64,000 nt of DNA, taken from positions 744,001 to 808,000 of the forward strand of contig JBLDXI010000010.1 of the NCBI GenBank assembly GCA_047495785.1. Reading direction: 5' to 3'. The notes under the pieces were generated by a model, which saw only the letters and a program-made list of their open reading frames with translations, made no database searches and had not been told where the DNA came from. The stretch comes from Lepidodermella squamata. Lineage: Eukaryota > Animalia > Gastrotricha. The stretch's first letter is position 1. Each line of letters begins with the position of its first letter. Below, in pieces: positions 47,401-64,000 of the stretch. A program made the position numbers and the translations under genes.

Positions 47401-49158
47401 AATCACGAAACAGATGGGTTCAACAATACAAATTTCTTTAGGTCGTAAGTTAGGTAATGTTCTTGATGAAACTTTTGTGACACCAGATAGCGCTTCAAAT
47501 GGGGAACACTACAATTATTTTTTCGAAATTTTCAGAGAAATTTAGAGCGTTTAAAACAGCAAAAAACAATTCGTTGATTTCGAATAAATGAAAATTAACT
47601 AATAATTAAATCGAAATTTAAGCATATTTCAAAAAGGGTGGGTAATCCTGATCAAGCTATACATTTTGATGCTTGGAGCGAGCTTGAACGATTCTTTCCT
47701 GATTTTCTATTATTTTATAAATTATTCCGCTTGGTTTTACATCATGAAAATTGAGATTGCCGTTTGGATTCAATCCAGAATCTTTGTTGACAGCACGTGC
47801 ACGTGGTGTGGCTGAATCGAGTCCAGAGCTGCAACAGCTAGAGTTTGAATGTAGTGAAAAATCATTCATTCAATCAATAAAGAAATTCCAGATAATCAGA
47901 AAAAATTCGCCCGAGCTTCGAAATATAGAAATTGGTCAGATTTGCCTGGTCCGTTAAAAATACGCTTCAATTTCGCTGCTTCAATTTGGCACTAGTCATG
48001 TTTCATCAATTAATGCATTCATAATGAATTCCTTGTTTATGCGATTTTCCCCATTTCAAAAAGCATTAAAATTTCGTAAAAATAATCAATGTGTTCGCCA
48101 TTTCAAGAGCTATCCCGAACCGCCGGAAATGATTGATTATGATTAATCGTGATTAATAATGAGCGATCGAATGAGCGATCACCTGATTTGTTTACTTTTC
48201 CACTCGATGCTGATGACTTGATATAGTCGGCCTCTGCTATAGCCAGGGATGTCCCTAAGAAATCATGATACCGAATTAAGCTGTTCGAGATCGAAATTAG
48301 ACTATTAGATGACCTATTTAGCCTTGATTCGTGATAAGAAACTAGGCCAAGGCCATACGGTATGTACAGCAGGGGTCAACACATTAATACGAACTGGAAG
48401 AAATTCCCTAAAAGTTGTGCTTCTGACAAGGAAAAAGCAGTAACATATCAACTAATAGCAACATAGATCACCTAGCGGTCGCAAAATCTTGACAGCAGTT
48501 AATTTCAGTTTTAGACCACACTGTAGATTTTCCCGAAATTCGGCTTTTTTAGTTTCACGTCTTCAAAATTATCTCAATTTCATCGTTCACCATGTCTAGC
48601 CGATAGATCTACAACTTTTGGCAACTTTTTGTATAAAATTAAATAAATTTTTTTTATTTAACCTAGCGAGAGAATAATCCATCCATGATTTAACCGAGGA
48701 AATAAAAAAAATGTACCGAAGAAAACCCGGAAATCCCCGATGGTAACTGGTACGGTAATTCCGGTATTTTACCCGGTGGGACAACATTTCTGCGGACTTT
48801 TTTAATCACATTGACAAGTCACATGATTGATGATTACTATTCTCATCATATTTTGAATTTTTCTAAACTTCTGGCCATGAGATGTAGTTTCGTCTCTCAT
48901 TTTAGAGCTTCTGATGCCTTTTCCGTGTATTTTCTTTGAGGTGCAATCTTTCATACAAAAATATGTATGCCAAAATCACCTTTCATACATATTTTTTCGT
49001 AAAATTCGAGCTGGAAACGTCATGGAAATGCCAGTTTCTGGTTTTTAAAAACAAAAACGGGGTTCCGGAAACTTAGCCCATTTTCCACTTGAAAATAGTT
49101 ATTGGTGAAGTGAAAGGGCCCCGAAATCGAACTTTGGGAAAACTCAAAAATCGACCCA

Positions 49159-49288
49159 AACCTAACCCTAACCGTAATCCTGAACCCTGCTAACCAAGCT
49201 CTAACCCTAACCTATTTGGACCTATTCTAACCCTAACCCTAACCCTAACCCTAACCCTGACTCCTAAAAACTTACCCCTAACCTAAAC
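49159..49288. repeat. Interstitial telomere-like (CCCTAA/TTAGGG)n repeats
   Basis: Perfect run of about 5 units at 49227-49258 within degenerate units. Confidence 0.8.
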
Positions 49289-49345
49289 TCCTAATCATGG
49301 GATTCGCATGGTCCAAATAGGTTTAATTGAGATCTACATTCTGAG

Positions 49346-49584
49346 ACTTGAAGCGATCTTGGATGATTTTTTTCTGATTTTATTGGATTTTTAAAGAATT
49401 CCGCCCAGGAGAAACAGTGCTAAAATAACTGAGTATTTAATCCTGAACATTTGTCTACAAGCACGTGTGACGGATCCGCATGGCGCTGTTGGAAGTAATC
49501 CAGCGTTAAAAATCAATGCAAATATCGGAGATTTTCGAAATTTCCAGAAAATCAGGAAAAAATCATCCAAGATCGCTTCAAGTA
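49346..49584. mobile_element. Inverted-repeat element (MITE-like)
   Basis: acttgaagcgatcttggatgattttttt at the left and its reverse complement ending at 49584. Confidence 0.6.
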
Positions 49585-50039
49585 TCAAAAGGTAGCTCTT
49601 AGTATGAAGAATCTATTTTCCTCAAAAAAAAACATTCAAATTGACTTTTTTTGAAGCTGTTGTCATGGTTTATTCCCGAATGCAAAAACTTGTTTCCTAT
49701 AATTTTCGATCAGTTCCTTTATTATTGAAATTATGGAAAAAAATATCACCATGTTCCTCTCGAAGAGATTTGGTTCTTTGTAAACCGACCATTTATGAAC
49801 AAGAAATTTCGAATTTTTCGATTTTTGGCCTCCAAGAAATTGATGAATCAGCATGGCCAATGGCGTTACACCCCTTTGGAAAGAACACTTTGTTTTCTTT
49901 GCCTGCGTTACTCATGGGACACGCTGTATTACACGTGACGGACTGTCATTTTACGGGTTTCAATTCAACCTAATGCAGAGTCAATGTCGTTTCCAAGTAT
50001 CAATGTTTCAATACAGTGATTTTCCGACAGAATATCTTG

Positions 50040-50370
50040 TAGCGGAACCAATTTTACGGTCAGCGGAACCTAATTTACAGTAGCAGTACCAAATATGCTG
50101 CAAGAGTCACTTTTTGAATAATTCTACAAATTCGAGGCATATCGCGAGTTCTGAATTAAATACTGAATTAAGTACTCTGTCTAATAGAGAGTTTTACACT
50201 GAATTTAATAGTGAATTTCTTTATAATTATTATGGTCAATCTTGATACCCAAGAAATATCCGAAAAAATTTTTAGGCGGCCAGAAAATTTCAAAATTTGG
50301 TTTCGCTAACAGGAAACTCTGGTTCCGCTACTCTAAATTAGGTTCCGCTCACCGTAAATTTGGTACCAGT
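50040..50370. mobile_element. Inverted-repeat element (MITE-like) with AGCGGAACC sub-repeats
   Basis: accaattttacggtcagcggaacctaatttacagtagc versus the reverse complement of gctactctaaattaggttccgctcaccgtaaatttggt. Confidence 0.55.
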
Positions 50371-52321
50371 AAAAGGAAGACCCATTTTCTGATATCAAAC
50401 CGATATTTTTAGGGCATCACACATCTGAAATAAAAATCCCAGGTTCAGGGAAGACATCAGCATCGATCAACAAACGAAAAAATTCGAAATCCCAAAGTTA
50501 ATTTCTAAATTTCCCAACAACTTTAATGTGATTCGAAGTCATCAATAACCTCAAGTTTATGAACTCGTGTACTCTAGTTATTTGTTTTCTTTCTTTATTC
50601 TTAGTTTCAGCAACTTTGCAATATTGTCTCATTTTATTTACCCAACTTGATAATACTTTCGGGTAGCAATTGTTATTTGCACAATCTCATGCTCGAGCTC
50701 TGTTTCTTTCGTTTATTTATTCAAATTCTTTAGTCGCCGTGTCATAAAGCCGCAGATTTTTCCGCAACAATACTCGGGTCTCATTCCGCAAATATTTGCG
50801 CGGCACTCGACAAAATTTCACTACAACTACTGTTGTTGTTGTTTTGCTAATATCACGTAGCAGGTATTTCGGGCGTGATTTGCCGCCGCCTACAACCGCT
50901 TAGCCGGTTGCGCAACAAAACGTTTTGACACCTGTTACACACATCAGGTCCAGGGTGGCTAAAAAGAAAGTCGATACACGCCTGTACCTTAAGACTGTTT
51001 GCTTGCCGATCCGCAGCACCGCGGCGTCAATCACGTCGCGATGGCGCGGCTTTGAAGTAAACCGCGCCGCGCAATGGTAATAATAATACGGTAATAAAAA
51101 CAACTCGACCGCCTATTTGCCTGTCGCCCCTTGTCACATTAGCCGACGCGGCCGACGCCGCAGACGCCGGTTAGTTTCGGGTTCGGTAATACTAGTAGGT
51201 GCGATATACAGTCGAGTGATGTCATCGAACAGGCGTAATTATGTCAACATAGGTGCGAGGCTATCACTCCACTTGCTTTGTCGGCCCGACATCATTCACA
51301 CCCGTGAGTGAAGCGAGCGAGCGAGCGAGCGCGCCCGCTTGAGTGCGAGCGAACTTTTATTAAGGCGGAGTGAGTGAGCGGATGCGCGCGCGCGCGTTGT
51401 TAAATTTCTCACACTTGAAATAAATGCGCGCGCGCGCGCAATAAAAGCGCGTCGATTACGGTTAATCGACTCTCGCGCGTTTTATTATTGTTATTATTTA
51501 CACCAACCAACACACCTCACACCTATTTGATATACGTACGCGCATCATCATCACGGTAATAATTATTAATCGCGCGCAATATGTTTAGTTTTTCGAATTC
51601 ATACCACCTGGCTTGTCTAGGGCCTTACTAACATGACACTTGGCTTACACGTTTGTGTGTGTATATATGAAAAGTGCCAGTTACATGCCTGTGGTGTAGC
51701 TAGGTATATTATCGCCCGGATAGATGTAGTCGCACCCTGGTGATTAGGCGCTCATGCTGGCGCCGGAAGCTAAATTCTATACTAGTATTATTTGTCGTCA
51801 AAATAATTGACAAACAGTATGCAGCGAGATTTGTGTCACATTAAAATAATAATTACTCACGACGGGCGTTTGTAGACACCCTGCGGTTACTTGCGTTGGG
51901 TAACGTGACACGCGCCCGGAATCCGCGGCGTGTAATACATGCGAATTACAGCGATCGACTTCCTGTAGTTATTAGGCCTACTTAGTAGTCGTAGTTGGTG
52001 GCTGGTCTTGTTGAAATGCCACTCGACGGCCCGCCGAGGGTGTTTGAGGGCTCAGCGGGTGCGATTTGCCGATTTAGCCACTCGCTCCTCTTGCCTAAAC
52101 TAGGCTAATAAACACGTAAATCGCGTGTCAAATGTCAGCCTAAAGCCTATAGAGGAGGCTCTGATAACAACTTCGACGCGCCTCCGTCTGCGCGCCAAAA
52201 TCTCAAGATTCGTCGCCGATTCAGGTTACAGCGAGATCGAAATCAGAAAAATCAAAGACATGTCAAAGAAAATGAAAATAATTGTGAAGAAAATGAAGAA
52301 AAAAGGGAAATAAATTATAAT

Positions 52322-52761
52322 CGGTGTGGCTATTGGCACATAATTATGTGCCCCTTAATGGCTATTGGCACATAACATTTTTCATTTAACTGCTTTTTTC
52401 GGGAGTTTAATTCCCAGATACCAGCATTTCAACCTTGCATTAGCAATCTAGGGGCGGCGAATTCACTGGAATCGTCGGATTTCACGTAACTATGCGATAG
52501 ACTTCAGATACTCTACTTGGGCTACCCATTGGATGACGGATACCCCGATTTGCGGGCCCATGACTGCAATTTCGATATCGCCATTCGATTCCCCGTTGAC
52601 GAAAACCCTAATATCAATACTCGTGGAACATTTCGATGCGTGACTTTCTAAAGCATCGAAAATTGAAATTAGCGTTATGTGCCAATAGCCATTAAGGGGC
52701 ACATAATTTATGTGCCAATAGCCAATAAGAGGCACATAATTATGTGCCAATAGCAACACCC
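52322..52761. mobile_element. Mutator-like MITE (440 bp)
   Basis: 9-bp direct flanks AATTATAAT (52313-52321, 52762-52770). TIR (C/G)GGTGT(G/T)GCTATTGGCACATAATTATGTGCC with internally repeated units. Confidence 0.7.
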
Positions 52762-55700
52762 AATTATAATATGAAAAAGTTGGAATATCAATAATTCCGC
52801 CTTGATAAAAAATATTTCGAATTTTTATTGTGAATTTAAAAAAAGATAACTGGGTCAACCGATAGTATTCTAATAAATACCGAAATCGAATGAAAATTTC
52901 GAATATTTTTTTCAAATTTTGCGTTTGAATATTCGTGGAATTCCAGATTAATTATTAAAAATTTCCAATAAATTGTCATATAATTATGAATAATTTCCTA
53001 TAATTCTCCACCAATTACAAAATTATTCGATAAAAATGAATTTTTCAAGATCTTGCGCTTTGGACGGGTTTTTGAAGTTTGTGAGGCCTTTTTCCATTTT
53101 TTTCAAAAATTCAATGCCCAGCTTGAAATTCTCGCATCGATGATCGAAATAATTTCCTCATAAATGAAAAATATGCTATTTTTTCGATTTTTTTACTATG
53201 AAAAATATTGAAATTACCGAGTGTGAGGACTTAATTTTATTATTAGGAATTGTTTTTCTAAAATTTATTTCCCGTTCCGTTCGTTCAGAGTCCCAATTTA
53301 AGTTCATTTTCCTACATAATATTCCAATAATCGTCGGTATAACTTTTCGTTATTATTATCACGATTCATCGTATCGTTGTCAAATGATACAGCTTTTAGC
53401 CCACTGGAATTCCGTATTATCTATGTATGTATTGCCATCGGGAAATCGAGCCGGCGATAGCGGCGAGAGTTCGACTTGAGACGGCCTCAGCATCATCAAT
53501 TTGTCGCAAGTGCGCCTTTAATTAATTAACGAAAAATTTATTATTATTATTCGTGGTAGATAGATATCTCGAGTTGAAATCGGAGAAACGGCCCCTGAAG
53601 AGCGGCTCTCGTGTCACACATATATACCCATCATTAGATACATTTATAGCTATTGTTACATATAAAATCGAACCCATTTGGGACGTGATAGCGATGATCT
53701 TTTCGTATATGATATAATATCATATTTTTATATCTATCAAAGTCCTCGCATCAATCGCGAATGACATGCCGAAATTGAATCATGCAAAATGATACGGGGC
53801 GGCCGCTCTCTTACAAATCGAATCAACGTGCAGATAGATAGATATCGGCTGTGTATGTGTATACTATCCGTCTTTCTTTCCCTTGCCATAAATATTTCAT
53901 AGCGACGAGGTCCACCAACAATATCGCCGTCGCCGTCTCCGGGTAACAAAGGCGAAGCCGTGGTGGCTACTTGAATTAAAGCATCATTATCATCAACGAT
54001 ATTAGCGAGAGGATAAATAAAAAGAGTATAGTATATTGTAATTAAACGCTAATTTGCGCGGTGAAATATTTATTAAGGCGGCCTTGTGCGCGCATTAATT
54101 TTTTAGTCACCCTGCGCGATCATCGCCAGGTCATGTTATTATTGTTAACCGGTTCGATTACGCTAATCATATCACGCATAATTCATTGCATTTTTTGCAC
54201 CTGATATAATGTAAGACGCGAGCCGCCTTAATACATTATATACTACAAAGCGCCGTGTTTTGATTGCGCTTCGATGGCTTGGAACAATAAATGCGGGTAA
54301 GATATGAGACGAGAAAGTGTACCTATAGCTCTGTATTGATGATGATGTTTGGTCGGCGGCGGTTCACGGGCGGAGATAACGCGACATTAATCTGGAGGAT
54401 CACCTTACGTGTAATCAAGACATGTAATAATACAGATGTCTGTCAAAGCGCGCCGTTCCGCCTCGTTTCACAACGGGCCATTGCGCGCAAGCCGCGCGTG
54501 ACGTGTCAAACATCTCGAGCAACAACGGCGCGGCTTCCGATTGCTGCCAGGTTGACGACGGAGCAGCAATATGGCAACGTTTTTATCACTTACTTAATGA
54601 CTACACATATATGACCCAACGAATAAGAGATAACAAGCCGATGCGCTCGAGTTGGCGCAGTAGCGATATGACATGTAGACGTCACATATATTGTTTGCCA
54701 ATAATTTGCTGAGCGCACCGACAGACGACGGCGATGAGATGAAGCAAACAGCCGACGACGACGATGGTGTAATGCTCTTATACTTACTTGCGATGACAAG
54801 TGATAAATTCCGGCGCGCTTTTTGACCTATGTCGAGGCACGCCTCTTGAGCCAAAGGTGCGCACAAATACGGCGCGCGTTTTATTGAGAGACCGCGCCCG
54901 CAAAATTGATACCCCCGCGTCAATAAAAACAAGCGGCAAAAAATCACTCACGCTCGACTACTTGTCAAACCACTTTTATTTTTCGTTCTTTCTTTTCGTG
55001 TTAAATCATAGAATAATGCTGTAAGATGCCATCGCGTTAGAATAATTATAATTATAATAAACACAAAAATTCATCGCGGTAATTATATATATATATATAT
55101 ATATTTATAATAGTTAATTTTGCGTCAATTGAAATTTGCAAGATATACAATCATCAGTAGAGGTGAAAAGCCGCCGCCTATCATTGAAAATGAAAGCGGC
55201 GCTTGTAATAACGGGCTCGCGCGAGCAAGTGCGAGATTTTATTACCTCGCCCTGTTGTTAATAATAATAATGATTGTCACGCGCGCGATTTAGGAGTATA
55301 TTATAATAGAGGCGGCTATTAAACGTGAAGAGTTCTCAATAAATTTGGACACATCATCCTATACTATACTACTGTTGCTACTACTAGTAACACACACAGA
55401 ATAAAATGCATGACAATAATTATTATTATTATTATTATAGCAACAGGGTGGCTACAAAATCCGGCGCCGGAAATACGCGGTGTGTCGGAAGCGATACTCG
55501 ATTTGCAACGCTGATTAGCATCCGGCTTTTTACTCGCACTGTTCTGATTTTTTTTTACAGGTGTATAGTTAACGTATAACAACAATAACGACGATGAAGA
55601 TTTTTTTTCAAAGAAGAAGAGAGCGCAAAAAACCGAGGTCGAAAAACGGCGCTAATAATGTAATATTTATACGAAAGAGTGACAGAGCGAGAGAAAAATA

Positions 55701-55897
55701 ATAATAATTAAAACAAGGCGCGACACTTATGGTGAAGATGTTCGAAAGAAAAAGTAAGTCAGTTGTTGCACGTATCTACCATCAAAAATTATGAGGTAAT
55801 TAATTAATTAGTTAATTAAAAAACAACGAAGAAATAAGTGCGGTTGTTGTTATGTATAATATCGTGTGGTATATATTGAATTTAATTTTTAGGGTGT

Positions 55898-59112
<3,215 letters not shown>

Positions 59113-59270
59113 ATTTCGTACGAATATATACGAATTTTGTCTACAAAAAGTCACGGGGTGTTATAAGTAAGTAGTAAGTGGTGTATAAGATAGTCAGTAG
59201 TCGTATGAGTAAGATGATGATGATGGCGTTTAATGATTGATCCGTGCGCGCGCGTGTGTGCTCGCCGCTC

Positions 59271-59291
59271 ATTGGCTGCGCGCCGGCCAAT
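59271..59291. promoter_or_regulatory. Inverted pair of CCAAT boxes upstream of Six3/6
   Basis: ATTGGctgcgcgccggCCAAT, 160-180 nt upstream of the ATG. Confidence 0.4.
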
Positions 59292-62200
59292 CAGCATTCA
59301 GCTACGAGTGCGCGCGCACTGCGTGTATATTTTATGTACACACACACAGCGCCACCGCTTAGCTTATCGTTATTTGCCAACAAATGCGCGCGGTGGCTAA
59401 TACACTGCAATATGTTTGGTAACACGAAATGAAGATGAACGGAGAAGAGAACGTGTCGTATAGCATAGGCTAAGCTGCTGCCTGGCTGCCGATTGCCATC
59501 TTGGCTGTTGCAAGAAAATTGTTGCGCTAACACACGCGCGCAAGAATGTCATCTGCATTTCGCGCTTGCGAATGAATTAATACTACACATCATCATCATC
59601 ATTGTGTTTAGCGTCAATCACAACACGCGTAATAAAAATACCCGAAAAACTGACAACACATCCACCAGTCGTCGTTGATCTCTAATATAACGAGCATCGC
59701 GTGCGCGTATAGCCGGTCGACTTGTTCAACTCAAGCCCGCCAGCTTCCGGTTATTTCAGCTAACCGAAGTTTTTATTACGCCAGCAGAGAAATAATACCT
59801 GGTTTCAAGTTGAAGAATGCGATACGCAAATTCCCGCTGTGAAATGACGGACGGACGTCGAGGTGGACCGCTTGCTGTTTCGGTCAAGCGTTTAACAAAT
59901 TGCGCGTTGTTGGAATTAAATACCTCTCGCTCGCGCGCGCAAAATGAGCGAGTAAAATAAGCGCGCGCGCGCGCAAAAGTTAAGGTAGATTATTTATTTT
60001 TTTTATCCGCTCGCCTCGCTCTCCTTTGCGCACAAGTTAGTGCGCTGGATGATGAATAATTGACCAGATTTTTGTCACTCAATTTGCGCGCACCTGTGTG
60101 TGTCGGCGAGGCGCGCGATCACAATCGGCGTAATAACAATAATCGCCGTTTAGCCGGCGCTTGATCACCATCATCATCATCACCGCGATGGTATATGGCG
60201 CGGTTTATCACACCACTTTCGCGCTTTTTTCGCCGCATTATAACAATATACACGGCGGCGGAGTCAGCAATCAGCTATAAAGCTATAATATTGATCATAA
60301 TTATTACACGCAGCTTTTGTGCGGCGATGATGAGAGCGATAATAATTTTTACGGCTGTTATTATTATATAACACCTCTCGAGAGGGATGCAGCTCACACC
60401 TTAATGGCCGCGTGAAAAATTTATGAAATTACTCGCACCAAGTCAACGACTCTCGACGCTTTCCGCCGCCGTCGTCGCTGTCGATTATTATTTGTAATCA
60501 TCATCATCATCGTCGTCATAAATATAGAGACCGAAATCCAGCGCCAGGTAAACACGCGCAAAAATTGGCCACACCTAGCTGCGCGCACGCGTCACCGCTC
60601 TATATTATGGTGGATTATTTAAAAACAAGTGAGCTACTCGATGCGGCTATAACACATGATAATTATTTTAATAACAATAAACGACGACGATTATGTTAGA
60701 TGATGGCGGATAACAATGTGCGCGTGTTTTGACAAATTAACCGAGCGCTAAGTGGCTCTGGACAACGCGAACCTAGTAATGACCCGTCATTATATGGTGG
60801 CGCTATAATTAGCCGCCGGCGCCTGTCGCGGCCGATCAAAATTCGTCATTAAATGATATCTTCATATATGCGAAATAATGATAACAAAATTTAGAGATGC
60901 GCGCCCTTAAAAATAATACATTACATATGACACCAAGCCGCTATGTAATAAATGCCGCTGATGCGAGGCGACAAATGATTCCGTTGTCAATTCTATTAAG
61001 CGCGGCGTCTAAATGCGTATCTATCGCGGCCCAAGTGTCAATTGTCGCCGGATAATTTATAGATGCGGCCCTTTAAACGGCGGATAATAATATATAGCCG
61101 CGCTCATCACCGATAATTTTAATAATAAGTGTCACACTCGCCGCTTATCATTGTCATATTTCGACACCACTCGAGACGTATCGAGTCGAATATTATATAA
61201 TATATATCTTCCTCCCTCCTGTGTTTCGCCGAAAATATTACCGAAAATCGAGAACGCGGATTTTTCGTGTTATTATTTGTTATTATTATCATTACGTCGG
61301 TGATTGAAAGGTGCCCGGGATTTGCTGTGTTTGGATTTACGAATCACTTCGGTGTAAACACCCTGGATTTAGTGTAGCCATCGACAAGTTCGCATATTAT
61401 CCGCCTATAATACAAGTCAATCGAGCGTCTTAAATTGCGTTATTATTGCGCGCGATGTGTATGTAATATAAATTTGGCGCGCATCTGTTGCGCGATCTTT
61501 AATGCGCGCTTTTTATTGCTCCGTGCGCGCGCGCGATGATAAATAATAATGGATATCTAATTACCGCATGCTTGCACGCGCCCTAAGTTTTGACGCGCTA
61601 AATTTGGCGCAATTATTAAATTTAAATGTGTCAAAATTGTGATGCGCGTCGATGATGTTATCATGACAAATGACGACGATGATGATGATGATGATAATGG
61701 CGATGAACTTGCTGTAAACACCCTGCGATTAAATTGAGTGAAACATCTCGTCTCCGGTTTGAATGATGGCGGATAAATCAACCGGCGTTTGATTTGCTGC
61801 TGCTGCTGCACGCCTCATTATCTTATATATATATATGTAGCTGCTGATCAAATTCAATCTCACCCCTCGCCTATAGCCACTTGTCCCCTGGCGCGGTTAT
61901 TTTTATTGTTGTTATCATCATCATTGTTTCCGCAACACCAACGCGCAAATCAGAGGCGAAATGTGATAAATTTCGTAAAGTATTACGGCCGAAAATTGAG
62001 AGACGATCGCGGTTCGATTTTATTCTGCTCGGCTACATTTTTGCCCAGCCCCGGGACAGGATATGCGGCTACTGCGCATGATTGTTTGAATTTTGATCAG
62101 ATCTGAACTAAAATAAAAATGAAGAAAAATAAAGCGAGAATAAATATTCCGAGACCGGACCAGGAGAATTTCTGAAAAATTAAAATTAAAATATGGGTGA

Positions 62201-64000
62201 TTTTTTAATGTATGGTAAGTGGGCCATTTCGAAGATTAGGGAAGGTAAAATTGAATCCAAATGATCTGAAATCAAAGCTGGAAAACTGGACTTTGCAGAA
62301 AAGGAATTCAAACCGAACTTGCCGAAAAATTTAATTTCAATTTTTTCAAAATTTTGTGAGAATTCGGCTCTGTAGGAACCCAGATCCAAACTTCGCTGAA
62401 CATTTGAAACCTCTCGAAAGGTTCAGAGCTAGGAAGACATCGTTAGTTGCCTGGAATGAGACCTTTTCCAATCGAAATGACCTTATTTATGGTCATCAAT
62501 ATTGCCCGCCCTGACCTGAAATTTATTTTGGCGTGCATTTTTTTCAAACCATCACTAACCCTGCTTTCAAGATTAATGTTCGTTGCAATATTCTGCTGAG
62601 TCGATTTGTCTCAAAATTAGGACGTTGTAGATTCGGACGGATCGAATAGCAGCTGTACAACAGGTACTTGCGACACTATTATCGGAAGTTGGCGTGAGGC
62701 CTAGCCGGAAAAAGAACGCTGAGCCTGTAACTGAGACGTTAATGATGCGGAAAATAACAAGTGCGTATAAGTATAATGTGATATTATCACATTGAAGAGG
62801 ATGATCCGGATGTAGGATAAAAGGGGATGCCACCTTTATTGTCATACGCATATGCAACACTGTAACGGATACTGTCATGCGGAAGTAGGAGGAGGAGCAA
62901 AAGGCTCTGAAGCTGTTAAAAGACAGCTTTCATGAAAAACAAGGCTGCAAGGTACAGGGAACAGCTATCCTACTCGAACTAAAACTTCGGGTAGTAGTAG
63001 TAGTACCTTTCCTGATAGCAAATAGCAAGTTACCCAGCACCAGCAGCATCTTCGATCGGAAAATCCTCGGCAGCTCGCCAAAAGGGTTCCTGTAAAAATT
63101 TGAGGACTAAAAAATTAAGAGGTAAATGTTACACTTGCGAGATCGAATATTCAATCAAATGTTTTTTCAAGCATTTTCCCCCGTGCCTCATCGCCTCATC
63201 GATAGCTCACTTGCTTTCGTTGAATTGTCAGGTTGAGAAATTTCGTGGATCCTGAGAGTACCTACCTGAATTAGGTAGTTGAACTTTGGTTCCGCTTCAG
63301 AGAATTTATATTCATTTTTAACTCAATTTTTTTTTATTATTTTAAATAATTTAATATCACTTTTCCATTCGTTTTTGATTTTATTCGAATTAGGAATTGT
63401 CACATTTCTGATTTTTCAAACTGAGATGCTTCAGCGAGTATGGAAAGAAGTTTTCGCCGTTTCACATGGAAAAAGGAAGCGAATGAAAAAAAAACAGGTG
63501 TGAAACCTGAAGCCGCATGAAATGCTTAAAACGGAGTTCAAGGTCCGAAGAGGGGCAGTTCAGGAAGCCGAGAAGATAGCGAGGTGGATACGCCTTATTA
63601 TATATATCTTTCAAAAACGCAGCGATTTCCTCGAAAATTGCGAAATTCGAGGAGCGGATTCTAAAATTTTTTTAGCTCTAAAAACAAGTTCATAAAAAAG
63701 CACCTGAAGTTGTTCCTAATTTCAAACGAAAAAAGAACGAATATAATTCAGTTTTAACGAGGGCAAATGATAGGAATTTTTCAAATATTAAAAAAAAATC
63801 AGGAATGACGAAATCCGAGGTTTCCAAGTGAACGCTGTAAATTTTACGTTTCAAGATCTAAATTGAAGACCCGAAGGTTAAATTTCGCTTAAATCCTAAA
63901 ATTTAATTGGATATTCGGGTTCAAAGTCTTTCTTCGAATTTCAATTTTTTTATTACGATGCCAAAATATTAGGAAAATTTAGCACTGGAACCTCAATTTG

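Noticed and set aside
43527-48526. Shared cagttttagaccacactgta at ~43527 and ~48506 as ends of one element carrying GPCR3
   Set aside because: The two copies are in direct, not inverted, orientation. They are more likely two separate Tc1-like MITE ends.
52490-52915. 141-aa ORF with repeated YVPL.GYWH
   Set aside because: The repeats are translated MITE terminal sub-repeats.
62400-63300. Splice-site-like signals on the minus strand upstream of Six3/6
   Set aside because: No convincing open frame or homology could be assembled. It may be UTR, lncRNA or decayed repeat, but this cannot be supported from sequence alone.

Overview
Eukaryotic (animal, invertebrate-like) DNA from a compact genome with mostly ~50-60 nt GT-AG introns; the organism cannot be named from this window. 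The first ~47 kb is a tandem-duplicated cluster of cell-surface receptor genes. It holds three minus-strand paralogues (A 4205-12664, B 19086-30039, C 33181-41778) of a ~2,200-2,300 aa type-I membrane protein: signal peptide, 5 LamG/pentraxin-like domains each followed by EGF, an AbfB/CBM42-like beta-trefoil, more EGFs, 2 ShK, 5 sushi/CCP, TM and a cytoplasmic tail. These are interleaved with three intronless, tail-less GABA-B-type class C GPCR genes and relics of further copies of both gene types. Divergence between the paralogues is concentrated in the distal lectin-like domain, copy C is a patchwork of A-like and B-like segments, and copy C is truncated by an exonic DNA-transposon insertion. 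Together this suggests a diversifying recognition-receptor system (inference). Several TIR elements with identifiable TSDs are present, plus a LINE endonuclease relic and a frameshifted KY/hillarin-like pseudogene. The last ~14 kb is a gene-poor region around a 4-exon Six3/6 (optix) homeobox gene, carrying a recurring TA(G/A)NCACCCTG motif. All alignments were done by eye; no searches were run.
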